Source: Candidatus Lindowbacteria bacterium RIFCSPLOWO2_12_FULL_62_27 (GTDB lineage: Bacteria > Lindowbacteria > 2-12-FULL-62-27). From it: 43,779 nt of DNA. The stretch spans positions 1 to 43,779 of the forward strand of contig MFPR01000031.1 of assembly GCA_001784175.1 (NCBI GenBank), read 5' to 3'. Of the stretch, positions 9,401 through 19,148 are shown in pieces. Numbering within the stretch: the first letter of the stretch is position 1; each line of letters opens with the position of its first letter. Under the pieces are notes generated by a model that was not told where the DNA came from, did not search any database, and saw nothing but the letters and a program-made list of their open reading frames with translations. Position numbers and translations under genes: made by a program.

Positions 9401-12400
9401 CCATTCAGCCGTCGCCCACCCTTTGAGCCGTTCATCAAACCCGCCCATATGGATCATCCCGATCAGGCGGTTGCCGTCGCCGCAGTAGGCGCTTTGGACA
9501 TCAGCTCCGGACGGAGCCTCGCCGAAACTGTAGAGATCCGGCGCGTAGTCCTTCAATTTGTTGCCCCAGTACGCGTAGAAGGGAAGCCCGCGTTCGGGAG
9601 GAGACGCGTCCGCCGTAAATTTCGCGTTGTCGACCCGGAGGAAATCCATGCCCAACGCGTACAGGAACCGGGCATGATCGGAAAAATACTGGCGGGATTC
9701 CGCGACACCCGGCAGTATGGCGTCGCCGAACATCGGGAAGGTCGTTCCATCGGCCTTGAGGTAATTTCCAGAATTTTGAGTCACGAGAAACGTACTGGAC
9801 CCGCCGGAATGGGGCGTGATCCAGTCCTGGCCGCATCCAAGATTGTGGCGTTTGGCCTCCTTGATCGTGCGCACGTATTCGTCAAAGCCCTTGTAGGTGC
9901 CCCACGTGGTGGGGTTGGCGTAGGACCAGTCGACCGCGTACTGATTTTTCGGGTCGTATCCCCAGCCGGTGTTGCTTCCGAAATCGAGCGCGGGGCTGAA
10001 ATTGATGTGGGTAATGCCGAACCAGTTGAAATAGCCGTCCTTGATGTAGTCGATCAATCCCTGCAGGTCGCCGTTGATGTCGTACTTGCTGGTGCTGGAA
10101 GCGCCGGTTCGCTGGTTGTCCTTCCGGCCGTCCCACCAGCGGCTGATCCAGAGGTTGTAAATCTGGATGTCCCGCATTTTCCCGAAATGGGTGGTGCGGC
10201 TCGGGTTCAAGGGCGCGGCGCCGAACGCCGCGGTGTCGAGTTTAACGCCGGAAAGGCGGGTGGAGGAATCGACGCCGACCGCGAGCCACGCGTCGACCGA
10301 CTGGTCCTGGACGTCATTCCAAGTGGACAGGCGATGGGTGACGACGTCGACGAAGTTGGCGTTGTTGGCGCCGAACTGGCCGATGCCGCCGTTGTCGTTC
10401 CAGAACACGGTCGGCGTGATGCGGACGGTGTCCGACGTGTACTCGGCGGCGCCGCCGATGAGGCTCAGGGGCACGCAGATTTCGACGAAGCTGTCCTGGG
10501 CGTTTTCGGTGTAGCGGCCTTCGCCGACGATGGTGAAGTTCTCGTTGTAGATCGTGACGTCGTCGTTGCCGGTCCGGGCGCTGATCAGATATTCCCAGGG
10601 CACGGACGAATTCACGAACCCGTCCTCGGCGTAGATGTTCCTTCCGAGAAAGGCCCGTTCGCTGGACAGCGACCCGATATCGAGCGCCACCTGAATGTAC
10701 GGCGTGCCGTCTTCCCAGCGGAAAAATTTCATGAAGAGATACAGATTATAGGGATCCATCGCGAACCGGACCTGGTCGAGGTCGAGGTACGGTTCCTTGG
10801 ACGCGTTGTCGTTCCGGTGATCGCTCTGACTGTCGCGCCAGGCGGCTTCGTACTTGGTCAGGATGTACGTCTCGCGGCTGTTGGACAGGCCGAGATTCGG
10901 CGCCCAGTCGCTCGAATCGCCGTTGACGTTTCGCATGCTGTAGTAGATCCCGTCGCTCGGCGGGCTGTTGGGACTCCAGTTCTGTGTCGCTGCGGTGTCG
11001 CCCGCGCGGATGCGGGCGTAGTAGGTCCTCCCGCGAACGAGCACGGCGCCGGAATCCGACCGGATCGTGTAGTTCGTGGTGCACCCGGCGGCCGCAGTGC
11101 CGATGAGGGTATCGACGAGGACGACTTCGACGAAATTCGAATCGTGCGAGATTTCGATCGCGTAATTCTGGATGACCCACGTGTTGGAATGCGTGGCCGG
11201 CGCCCACTGCCAGTAGATGGCCGAATCCGCCGATTCCTTGTCCTGATACCGGTTCATGTTGTTCTTGTTGTTGATGTCCTGCGGACGGTTGACGGTGATG
11301 GTCGGTTTGGTCGTCCGGAAATTCCAGAGCACCGTGTCGGACAGCGTGCCGGTCCGGTCGCGGGCGCGGACGCGCCAGTAATAGATGGTGTTGGTCGGCA
11401 TGTCGGCCGGGATCGTGTAGCTGGTGTCGTTGCCGGAGACGTTCACGCGGTACCGGATGACGCCGTCCAGGTTCGTGTCGGTGCCGAGCTCGACCAGATA
11501 GGAGGTGACGGTGTCGTCCGCATCGGAATCGGTCGTCCGGGTCCAGCGAAGCGTGGGCGCGAGCACGTCCGTGGTGTCACCGCTCCTGGGGAACGGGCCG
11601 GTGCAGGTATTGGGTTTGAGGTTGGCCAGGAGGCCCGCAGAGGTGTAACGAAGCTGAACCCAGAAATCGATGTCGCCGTCCGACAGGTCCTCCTGGTCGG
11701 CCGAGATCGACCGGGCGGCGTCGTTGGTGAACGAGGCGGTCCCGTCGCGGGCGGGAATCGAGACGGCATCGAGCGCGTCGTAGGCGCCGAATTCAACGGT
11801 CGAGTTGATGGCCGACGCCTTTCCGACGCGGTTCTTGAACGACGCGATGGCGATCTGGATCGTATCGGACCCGACAAGCCCAATGGCCGATCGCGAAACT
11901 TTGCCTTCGATCACGTAGGCCGCCGTGTCCATCTCGATGCCGGCGGTCGTGTCCGTCCACCCGGCGGCGGTTTGAATCTCCAGAATCGCGCTGTCCGACA
12001 CGTGGGTATGCACCACAAGCTGGACTTCCGCCGCGAGGGCCGGGGCGACGTAGCTGTCCCCGAAGGAGGTCTGGCTCTCATCCCCGATCGTGGCGTTCCC
12101 GGACCCGGACGCGCCGTCGGTATCGATGGCGATGGCGATGTTCGGATAGTTGGCGACGGTGAGTTTCCGCAGGGACACGCGGAAATAGAGGTTCTCGGTA
12201 TCCATTTTCAGCCGGCACTCCTTGAAGTCGAAATGGTCCGAGTGGGTGACGACCGCGCGCTCCTCGTTCGACTTGTCCAGCCATATCCATTCGCTGTCGG
12301 TCACGCGGGCGGTGTTGATCTCGGCGGGCGCGGTCCCGGTCCAATCCGTGAACGCGCCGAGATTGACCGCGTTGCTCTGCGTCACGGCCGACGTCTCCCG

Positions 12401-15400
12401 CCCGTCCCCCACGCTCACCCGACAGTACCAGACGTCCCCCTGTGCCGTGCTGTCGGCGCTGAGGGTATCGGTATAGGGCGGAACGCTGTCGACGAAAACG
12501 AGCCCGGCGACCGCGCTGTGATTCTGGTACCATTCGAACTGATAGAAAATCGTGTCGCCGTCCGCATCGACGGAACCGGTGCAGGACGCATTGAGGCTCG
12601 AGCTGTTCAGAGGCGTCAGGGGCGTGAGCGTCACCGAATCGAGGGCGGTCGGGACGGCGTTGATCACCGAGAAGACGAAGGCGCTGTCCTGCGCCGCCGT
12701 CTTGGACAGGGTGACGGTGGAACTCGCGTTGTCGCCGTACACGTAATTGTTCTGGGCCTCGCTGATCTGAATGTAATACCGCACGCTGTCCCCCTTGGCG
12801 AACGACGCGGGAATGACGCCTTCGAAAAATTCGTCCGCGCCGTTCGTGTAGGCCGAGGCCATCGCGACGCTGTCCGACGTCGCCCAGGTATCCTTGGAAT
12901 AGACGACAAACAGGTTATTGAAATTCCCTATGGGCGAGGCGCCCGCGGTGATGGTGATGGACTGGGATTTGACGGGCGTCACCGGGCTTCGCATCGTCTC
13001 CTTGCCTGCGACCGGCTGGTCCGCCGGACGGTGGTAGACGTTGGAATTGCTGGTGGACTGGATGACGTACCGTTTGGCGAGCGTGGCGTCGATGCGCGCG
13101 AAGGTGTCGCTCCAGGTGCTGACGGCGTTGCCCTGAAAGGGCGTAATGTCGGAGATGCCCGGTTTGGGGCTGGCGTGCCGGGCGATGTGAACGATCCCGA
13201 CCGTATCGCCGGCTTTGAGGCCGAGGGTGGTCAGGGAAACCTTCAGCTCGCCCCAGCGGTTGGATTCCGAAACCTTGAAATCCGTCCCGCCGGTCATGCC
13301 GGTGGAGGTCCAGTCCGTGTCCCTGCTTTTGTAGAGCGTCATGCCCCCGTAATCCTGGGCCTGGTATCCCATCCATGCGTTGGCCCAGAAATCGGCGCTG
13401 TATTTGTAGACCCGCGTGGCCGGCGAGACCCCCGTTTTCCACGGATCGCCGGATGTGCCCGCCGGGTTGGTGTCGGTGAAGAAAATAAACTCGTAGTGTC
13501 CCGGCTCCGACACGCCGTTTTCCTTGTCGTAGTGCCGGCCCATCGCCTCCCAGCCGAGGTAGAGGTTGCTGATGTCGTTGGTGATGTAGAGTCCGCGGGC
13601 GAGACCGGTGTCGTCAAAGGTGAAGTCGTCCTCGCCGACGTCGGGGACGACGCCGTTGGGCCGCTGGGCGCCGAGGCCGGTCGTATCGGCGGTCGATCCC
13701 CACCCCGGATCCTTGGCGCCGTCGATGAACGGCGTGAAGGCCTTGACCTTCGTTTCGCCGGCGTCCCGGAACGCAGCGGAGCTTCGGAGATAGCCTGCCG
13801 CATTCGGGGTGGTTGGCGCGGGTGTCAGCGAATCGTAATAGATGTAGGACGTGAACGAGACCGGAGCGCTGTCGACGGCGTTGGAATTGGGGGCGGAGGC
13901 TTGGACGTTGCCGTTGTCGCCCTGGTTGGTGTAGAGAAGAAATTTAGCCTGTGTGATCGGCGCTTCCGGCGTGTCGCCGAGGTCTTTCCAGGGGATGCTG
14001 ATTTCGGCGAGTCCGCCGCCGTTGTTTTTGGACACGGCGCCGTTCCAAGTCTGGCCGCCCACCCAGGCCGAATCGGAGGCGCGCCACTTGCGAAGGTCGG
14101 TGTAATCCGCGCCGCCGCCGTTGTTGGGGGCGTAGAGGAACACATAGTCGGGCCGCATGCCCGAGGGAAGATTGTGGACACCGCTCCAGCTTACCGTGGT
14201 TTCAGCGCCGAAATTGGTCACGTGACCGGTGTCGATATAAATCTGGATCACGTCGTTGGCGGCGGTGGTCGGAAAGGCGCTGCCGCGGCTGACGGCCGCA
14301 AAGAGGAACGTCGGGTCCCACCAGAGCCGGTAATCGCGAACGCCGTACGCCGGCAGGATGGTGGTGTCGGGCCAGTCGGCCAGGCCGGCGTCGATGTTGA
14401 CGAGGGTCTTGAAGAGGGAATTGGGAACGAATGTGTCGGAGGCGTCCAGGAACTGGTAGAAATACGTCAGATCGGCCTCCGATCCGCCGCCGGGGTTGGC
14501 GGCCGGATACGACGTCCAGATGTTGGATTCGGATTCATACTGCTGGAACGCGACGATGTTGAACGTGTCCGGGCGTTTTTTGTTGTTGGTGAGATACATC
14601 CAGGGAATCCGGACTTCGGTGTATGGGACGCCGGCCGTACCGATGACACGTCCCCACCCTGCCGATGTATCGATATCGTTTCTGTTGAGCATCAGGCGCC
14701 AGCTTGAGTTGTTCAGCACCTGCTGGAACTCGATGCCCGGTGTGCTGGCGGAATCCTCGATGCAGAACGAGGCATCCCACTTGGCGCCGGTGTCGGTCGG
14801 GAGGTTATGGATGCCGCCGCCACCCCAGTCGATGCTCGTGTTGATGCCGCTTTCGGGCATGATGTCCATGTAGACGAAGAAATCTCCGCTGTTGGAGGTG
14901 TTGATGTCCTTCGGCTGATAGGCAAGGTACAGGCAGGTGTCATCCCAAGCGAGCATGAACCAGATATTCTCGTTCGAGTCCACCTGCATCTTCTCGTCGC
15001 CCTGCCAGTCGGAGACGCTGCCGTTGATGGTGATCGGCTCGTAGTAGATGTGGATATAGCGGGTCACCGACCAGCCGGCCTGGTCGTAGAGCCGGACAGC
15101 GACGGCGTTGACGTTGACGGTGTCGAGCGCGGCAAAGGCCGGGCCGGACAAAAACCAGTCCCCGACGCGGCTGTCGGCGTCGGTGGTGAAAACATCATAC
15201 CATGCGCCGCCGACCTGAACCTGGGCGGTGTCGAGCAGGGACACGGAGTCGCCGTTATAAAAATCGATCTTGATCGCCGGCGCGCGCGTGAAGGTGTCGG
15301 CCTTGAAGACGTAGGTGTCGTCCCGGACGATCATGGTTGGCACGGTGTCGTCGACCCGGAAGGTCTGGGAATACCGGATCGTCGTGGTGTCAAATGTGCC

Positions 15401-18400
15401 GGGCGAGGGAACATTCACGAGCTTGACGACCACCGTTTCGCTGGTGTCGGTCACCGTCGAGACGAATTTGTTCAGGTTGAGCACGAACGAGTCGGTCTGG
15501 GTGTCGGTGGCGTCGCTGTCGTCGGCGACCGTAAAAGTGCAGAAATACGTTTTGGGGCTGACCGTCGTGTTTTTCATGTAGACGGTCAGACCCGCCCACG
15601 TCACCGACTGGCCGGCCTGGAACCATCGGTCGGTGTCGACCGCGCCGTTCGTGACGCCGGCGCCGGTCAGCGTGCCGGAAAGGGTCAGAACGTTGGAATA
15701 AGTCCAGGAAATGGTGGAATCGGTCCATGTGCCCGTGTCGACGTAGGTGTCGGTGGCGCGGGCGCCGATGAGATAATTGGTCGCGTTCGCGAAATTCCAG
15801 CCGAACGCGAGTTTCCAAGTACACGTCACGTCGTTGCCGCTGATGGAGGTGTCGAGGGTGACCGAGTCGCTCAGGTAGGTGTCGCCGGACACTCCGATGG
15901 CGGTGTCACCGCGGACAGAATAAACCCAGATGGTGTCGGCACCGTTGGTGATGCGCAGGTCAAACCGCTGGATGGAGGCGCCGCCGTTGGCGTCCGTGTA
16001 TTTGACGCGGATGCGGTACGTGTCGCCGGGAACGAAGGCCGGGGAGCCGAGAGTCTGGATGATGTCGGTGGCCGCGACGGTCGGCGCGTCGTTGACGCGG
16101 TTGGTGCGGCCGGGCGTGTAGTTGTTCTCGGTCCAGTTGGTCGTGGAGTTGCTGTCGACGCCGTTGTCCGTCAGCATCATGGATTTTTGGCTGCCCGAGA
16201 CGTCGCTGGCGGCGGTGTAGGAGAAGGAATCGTAAGCGGTCCAGATGCCGGTGTCGATGGCGTGGATCATCTCGGGCATGGTTTCGCCGGCGGTGTCGGA
16301 CCGGTGCCACGCGAAATAATCGACGATGGTGCGTGAATCCTGCGTGGTGCGGTTGTTGTAGAGAGCGACCTGATTGAAATTCGTCTGGACGAAAAAGTTG
16401 CTGCCGGAATAATAAATGCCGCTGTCGGCGACGCCGGCTGAGAGGTTGATGTTGTTCGGCGCGGTGTCGCGGTAGATCGTCACGAAGTCGCCCGGACCCA
16501 TGTTGATCGAGGGCGAAATGAAAAAGTCCCGGGTGTCGGCGCGTTCGGCGACGTACCAGTTCCGAAGGTCGATCCAGCCGAACTCGGTGTTGTTGAGAAA
16601 AAAGAGTTCAATGAAGGCGCTGTCGGCGTAGGACCCGGCCTGCGGGTAGACCTCGTTGATCTTGACGGCGGTGTCGTAGCCGGTGACGTACGAATCGAGC
16701 GCGCGGGCGGCCGGGGCGGCTAGAAGACCGGCCGGCAGGGAACTGGTGCCGAAGGCCGCGCCGGAATCAGCGGCGACAAAGAGCGTGCTGTCCTCCCAGA
16801 GGGCGATGGTGTTTCGCTGGGCGGTCGTGAGGACGAGCGTGACGCCGTTGGAGTCGCCGGCGTTTTTGACCGACGCGCCGGAGAGGTTCTGGAGGTTGCC
16901 GCTGCCGTCGGCGTTCGCCTGGACGGTGCAGCGCGAGACGTCGACGGTGCTCGTGTCGATGGGCCGCGAGAAATACAGGAACAGTTCCTTGTTTTTGTGG
17001 CTGTAGGTGGACCGGGTCAGGTAGGGATAGGTGTCGATCATGACCGAATCGGATTTGGTCGTGTCGATTTTCGTCCGCGCGGTGATTCCGCCAACCGACG
17101 GGAGGCGCGCGGAGTCCTCGGCGCTCGCGTACGTCGTCGATGAGCCCAAGAGCGTGCGCAGAATCCCGCGAAACGAACTTGAATTGGTGCCGTTTTCGTA
17201 CGCCACAAGGTCCAGATTGCCCGACCCGTCGATTTCGACGACCACGGCCTCGGTGTTGCTCGTGTTGATGTTCGTCGCCGTGACCAGGACGTAGACCGTG
17301 TCGCCCGCGAGAAAGACGTTGCGGTCCGTCGAGAAATCCGAGTCCTTGAACGCGACCGACGTGATCGACGTCGGCCCGCCGCGGGCGGCGTTGGTGATGC
17401 CAGGCAGAAACGTGAGTTCGATCTGCTGCCATTCGGCGGATGCGGCGCCGTCGGAATCGAGGCCGTCGGTTTTCCGGATGAGGGGGCTGTCGGTGTTGCC
17501 GCTCGTCGTCTGCACGTCGATCGCCACGCCCGCACGCCATATCCCGGCGGTCACGGCGGTGTCGTCCCATAGCGTGCTGCCGATCGAGCCGTTGTTGCTC
17601 CACGTCACGAAATCGATCAGCGTGTCAGATCCGAGCTGGCTTCCCCGGTACAATTCGAGCGCGCCGCTGTCGTCGGACCCGCCGGCGCCGCCGATGTCCC
17701 AGGCCGTGGCCGAATAGAAATGCCGGACACCGAAACTGTCGGTGTAGTTCGTGCCGGTCGCGGGATGAAATACGACAAACTTACCCGGCTGCAAAAGAGT
17801 GTTGGACGGAAAGCTGTACGAGTTGTTGGTGACGGGATCTTTGAGCGTGTAATTGGAGATGTCGAGGACATAGGCGCGGGGATTGTAAAGCTCCACGTAC
17901 TGCTCGGCGGCGACGGCCGAGTTCCAGAGCACCTCGTTGATCTTGACCGTGCCGCGGCGAACCTGGGAATCGTTCCGGGGATTCGTGTCGGGACCGGGAT
18001 TTTCCCAGTAATAGTAATAGGCCAGCGTGTCGCCGACCTCGGTGTAGGTCGCGGGGTTCTGGGTCGGAAAGGAGTGCGAGATGTTCCGCGTCGCGTCCCA
18101 TTTCTGGTAGGCGAGGATGCCGAGCGTCCTCGGAAACCCGCCGAGATTGCTCCAGCGGATGCGGAACTCGCTGAAGGTCGTCCCGGCCGCCGCCCCGATC
18201 GTGCCGCCCTTGATGCTGCTGTCTCCCGGATTGTTCCACTGGGTGTCGACGGCGTTTCGCACCGATTTGTAGTCTCCGCCCTCGACGGTCAGCAGGTAGT
18301 CGGCCTTGAAGGGAAGGAAATGATATCCGCCATCCCAGTCGTCGGAAAACTCCGTTTCCCCCGAAGTCGATCCGACATCGATGGCGACAAACAGGTCCTG

Positions 18401-19027
18401 CGAGCCGGCCGCGAATCCATCGTAACCGATGTACAGAAAGGTCGTGTCCCAGTAGACGTGCAACGTGTCGGCGGCCTCGCCGTTGCGGTCGTCCATGCCG
18501 AGGACGGATTTGGCGGGCCATTCCTTCCACATCTCAACCGATGACGCATTCCATTTGTTCCCATCTGTGCGAACCTGCCCCGCGCCAACGCGAACGACTC
18601 CGTCGGCCCCGTCATCGTCCGAGTACAAGTAATAGTAGCCGCTGTCGGTCAATTGAATCAGGATATTATCATTGGGTGGATTATCGGTAGGCACGTCGAA
18701 ATCCGGATTTCCTTCGGATGAGCTTTGATTCTTATTGATCGAGCCGCCGTTCCCGCGCCATTGCAGACCTGCGCCGAAATTCACACGAAATTTGAAATAC
18801 TCGGTGTCCGGCAGATCCCTTGGCACATGGACAATATTGAAGTAATCGCCGTTGCCCTGGTCAACCCAAAGGGAATCCGTCCCCCAGTTGTCGTACAGGC
18901 CGGTCCATCCGAACTGAGTGATCGCAGCGTGGGCGGCAACCGGACAGAGGACAACCCACACAAGGCCGGCCAGAAGGCTCTGCAGGCAAAGCCTTAAACG
19001 AAATGATAATCGCCACACGTATCCCAT
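6464..19027 (-). CDS. Giant (4187 aa) secreted multidomain GH13 alpha-amylase-family enzyme with lamin-tail, DOMON/CBM9-like, FN3 and CBM20-like domains
   Basis: Signal peptide ending AHA. GH13 barrel and C-domain at about 10170-8680, with GDLQGL, DWITPH, FLRVDNAKF (Asp codon 9629-9631), FGEAP (Glu 9518-9520), ENHDH (Asp 9290-9292) and PGVPYIFYGDE. Two VKINEV lamin-tail domains, about six DOMON-like repeats, and C-terminal FN3/CBM20-like repeats. Confidence 0.93.
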   Translation of the reverse strand: MGYVWRLSFRLRLCLQSLLAGLVWVVLCPVAAHAAITQFGWTGLYDNWGTDSLWVDQGNGDYFNIVHVPRDLPDTEYFKFRVNFGAGLQWRGNGGSINKNQSSSEGNPDFDVPTDNPPNDNILIQLTDSGYYYLYSDDDGADGVVRVGAGQVRTDGNKWNASSVEMWKEWPAKSVLGMDDRNGEAADTLHVYWDTTFLYIGYDGFAAGSQDLFVAIDVGSTSGETEFSDDWDGGYHFLPFKADYLLTVEGGDYKSVRNAVDTQWNNPGDSSIKGGTIGAAAGTTFSEFRIRWSNLGGFPRTLGILAYQKWDATRNISHSFPTQNPATYTEVGDTLAYYYYWENPGPDTNPRNDSQVRRGTVKINEVLWNSAVAAEQYVELYNPRAYVLDISNYTLKDPVTNNSYSFPSNTLLQPGKFVVFHPATGTNYTDSFGVRHFYSATAWDIGGAGGSDDSGALELYRGSQLGSDTLIDFVTWSNNGSIGSTLWDDTAVTAGIWRAGVAIDVQTTSGNTDSPLIRKTDGLDSDGAASAEWQQIELTFLPGITNAARGGPTSITSVAFKDSDFSTDRNVFLAGDTVYVLVTATNINTSNTEAVVVEIDGSGNLDLVAYENGTNSSSFRGILRTLLGSSTTYASAEDSARLPSVGGITARTKIDTTKSDSVMIDTYPYLTRSTYSHKNKELFLYFSRPIDTSTVDVSRCTVQANADGSGNLQNLSGASVKNAGDSNGVTLVLTTAQRNTIALWEDSTLFVAADSGAAFGTSSLPAGLLAAPAARALDSYVTGYDTAVKINEVYPQAGSYADSAFIELFFLNNTEFGWIDLRNWYVAERADTRDFFISPSINMGPGDFVTIYRDTAPNNINLSAGVADSGIYYSGSNFFVQTNFNQVALYNNRTTQDSRTIVDYFAWHRSDTAGETMPEMIHAIDTGIWTAYDSFSYTAASDVSGSQKSMMLTDNGVDSNSTTNWTENNYTPGRTNRVNDAPTVAATDIIQTLGSPAFVPGDTYRIRVKYTDANGGASIQRFDLRITNGADTIWVYSVRGDTAIGVSGDTYLSDSVTLDTSISGNDVTCTWKLAFGWNFANATNYLIGARATDTYVDTGTWTDSTISWTYSNVLTLSGTLTGAGVTNGAVDTDRWFQAGQSVTWAGLTVYMKNTTVSPKTYFCTFTVADDSDATDTQTDSFVLNLNKFVSTVTDTSETVVVKLVNVPSPGTFDTTTIRYSQTFRVDDTVPTMIVRDDTYVFKADTFTRAPAIKIDFYNGDSVSLLDTAQVQVGGAWYDVFTTDADSRVGDWFLSGPAFAALDTVNVNAVAVRLYDQAGWSVTRYIHIYYEPITINGSVSDWQGDEKMQVDSNENIWFMLAWDDTCLYLAYQPKDINTSNSGDFFVYMDIMPESGINTSIDWGGGGIHNLPTDTGAKWDASFCIEDSASTPGIEFQQVLNNSSWRLMLNRNDIDTSAGWGRVIGTAGVPYTEVRIPWMYLTNNKKRPDTFNIVAFQQYESESNIWTSYPAANPGGGSEADLTYFYQFLDASDTFVPNSLFKTLVNIDAGLADWPDTTILPAYGVRDYRLWWDPTFLFAAVSRGSAFPTTAANDVIQIYIDTGHVTNFGAETTVSWSGVHNLPSGMRPDYVFLYAPNNGGGADYTDLRKWRASDSAWVGGQTWNGAVSKNNGGGLAEISIPWKDLGDTPEAPITQAKFLLYTNQGDNGNVQASAPNSNAVDSAPVSFTSYIYYDSLTPAPTTPNAAGYLRSSAAFRDAGETKVKAFTPFIDGAKDPGWGSTADTTGLGAQRPNGVVPDVGEDDFTFDDTGLARGLYITNDISNLYLGWEAMGRHYDKENGVSEPGHYEFIFFTDTNPAGTSGDPWKTGVSPATRVYKYSADFWANAWMGYQAQDYGGMTLYKSRDTDWTSTGMTGGTDFKVSESNRWGELKVSLTTLGLKAGDTVGIVHIARHASPKPGISDITPFQGNAVSTWSDTFARIDATLAKRYVIQSTSNSNVYHRPADQPVAGKETMRSPVTPVKSQSITITAGASPIGNFNNLFVVYSKDTWATSDSVAMASAYTNGADEFFEGVIPASFAKGDSVRYYIQISEAQNNYVYGDNASSTVTLSKTAAQDSAFVFSVINAVPTALDSVTLTPLTPLNSSSLNASCTGSVDADGDTIFYQFEWYQNHSAVAGLVFVDSVPPYTDTLSADSTAQGDVWYCRVSVGDGRETSAVTQSNAVNLGAFTDWTGTAPAEINTARVTDSEWIWLDKSNEERAVVTHSDHFDFKECRLKMDTENLYFRVSLRKLTVANYPNIAIAIDTDGASGSGNATIGDESQTSFGDSYVAPALAAEVQLVVHTHVSDSAILEIQTAAGWTDTTAGIEMDTAAYVIEGKVSRSAIGLVGSDTIQIAIASFKNRVGKASAINSTVEFGAYDALDAVSIPARDGTASFTNDAARSISADQEDLSDGDIDFWVQLRYTSAGLLANLKPNTCTGPFPRSGDTTDVLAPTLRWTRTTDSDADDTVTSYLVELGTDTNLDGVIRYRVNVSGNDTSYTIPADMPTNTIYYWRVRARDRTGTLSDTVLWNFRTTKPTITVNRPQDINNKNNMNRYQDKESADSAIYWQWAPATHSNTWVIQNYAIEISHDSNFVEVVLVDTLIGTAAAGCTTNYTIRSDSGAVLVRGRTYYARIRAGDTAATQNWSPNSPPSDGIYYSMRNVNGDSSDWAPNLGLSNSRETYILTKYEAAWRDSQSDHRNDNASKEPYLDLDQVRFAMDPYNLYLFMKFFRWEDGTPYIQVALDIGSLSSERAFLGRNIYAEDGFVNSSVPWEYLISARTGNDDVTIYNENFTIVGEGRYTENAQDSFVEICVPLSLIGGAAEYTSDTVRITPTVFWNDNGGIGQFGANNANFVDVVTHRLSTWNDVQDQSVDAWLAVGVDSSTRLSGVKLDTAAFGAAPLNPSRTTHFGKMRDIQIYNLWISRWWDGRKDNQRTGASSTSKYDINGDLQGLIDYIKDGYFNWFGITHINFSPALDFGSNTGWGYDPKNQYAVDWSYANPTTWGTYKGFDEYVRTIKEAKRHNLGCGQDWITPHSGGSSTFLVTQNSGNYLKADGTTFPMFGDAILPGVAESRQYFSDHARFLYALGMDFLRVDNAKFTADASPPERGLPFYAYWGNKLKDYAPDLYSFGEAPSGADVQSAYCGDGNRLIGMIHMGGFDERLKGWATAEWTGSGNTSDDLKSRWESDYGTLNANGTPVMTIYYENHDHDRAYHYTGEGHTWSKSIGALLMIMYWEGSMPGVPYIFYGDELVMMGKRGLTYPDWQSTGELSAFGTTRRFPWNHEGSVVGQIVHDGSVGDIQASAASAQRARQIFPAFRYDQKDQYWSYSENGKAMAFIRGRTTTEEVLVLMNASQSGARTFGSGGIAIGALQANKTYKDWFSGGTATTDGSGNLSSAFSVGNSTAAYLKVNSFGKTRAQITVQINGVNQNDAVVSIDDKAVWTRESKNSGTTDWIVDIVTSSGGTTQRRMNIWKAPYEYRALWNFTDGVDVVSTIDLATDPAGYVDNTPPQPPSGLMAVARDRAVELEWPDNPSSDTVESYYIYRSKTQNDASPPLYIEVIRSTFFDNDFDYKLVNGDTYYYKIKALDRNGNLSGFSNEAMATPGTVKVTFQTDVTSAPGGINTSSITKMYVAGNPAVLGKFDFNNNSAIRYDAGFLPVQMTLKGRGIYEAAVNLDPTLSCNYIFIAEINSGGCNPTSLAGAQNDGDCFVDYNAAGPGAHWNSYTYEPCRQFLVPNTPDHTFAVVNRFNVVGDQAPQAPQGLSAVPRDGAIRLGWSFNLEADISHYEIHRSTDGVTFTSLTGVGKDVISYTDGGLTNGTLYYYKMKAVDINKNFSSLPTDSVSARPTTNTDDTAPAKPAGVIGENGGLNSVVVKWDYSTEADLAGYNVYRSATPNFNLTSDKKLNASLISPSFSPFWNDSTAQTNTQYYYAVSAVDDFQNESDSSTVLSAKLARLTFTVDVGTITTFGNVKILSNDAYITWSGKAMLDSGLYTWTYTTDMLTGFNLQYRYFAADTQEKDFTTSSRNREVTVPSVASKTFFDDWQEDPDVVSNLKSEPDSGAAWLFWDANTKDQDLIGYNVYQLQTSGAFTKVNSAILANTNYHVTGLTNGTSYSFAVRSVDTGALVLESPNSNVVNVTPGGYVYVDFRN

Positions 19028-19104
19028 CGGTAACCCTGCCCTCCCCAGTGATTACCCTCTCCATGCGCCGAGCTGAAACGAAACACTACTGTGGATACAG
19101 GACT

Positions 19105-19134
19105 ACTCTACCAGATGGGTTTATATAAAATCAA
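19105..19134 (-). promoter_or_regulatory. Candidate sigma70 promoter for the giant GH13 operon
   Basis: Minus strand TTGATT-N18-TAGAGT with an extended TGn, about 80 nt upstream of ATG 19027. Confidence 0.4.
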
Positions 19135-19148
19135 ATGAGTCACTGCCC

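Noticed and set aside
9254-14707. 1817-aa plus-strand ORF, and other long antisense ORFs such as 3692-5494, 7547-9103, 14807-16336, 20235-22130, 23364-25316, 32171-35338 and 35464-37413
   Set aside because: Shadow frames opposite well-supported genes in high-GC DNA; Arg/Val/Gly-rich with no recognisable motifs.
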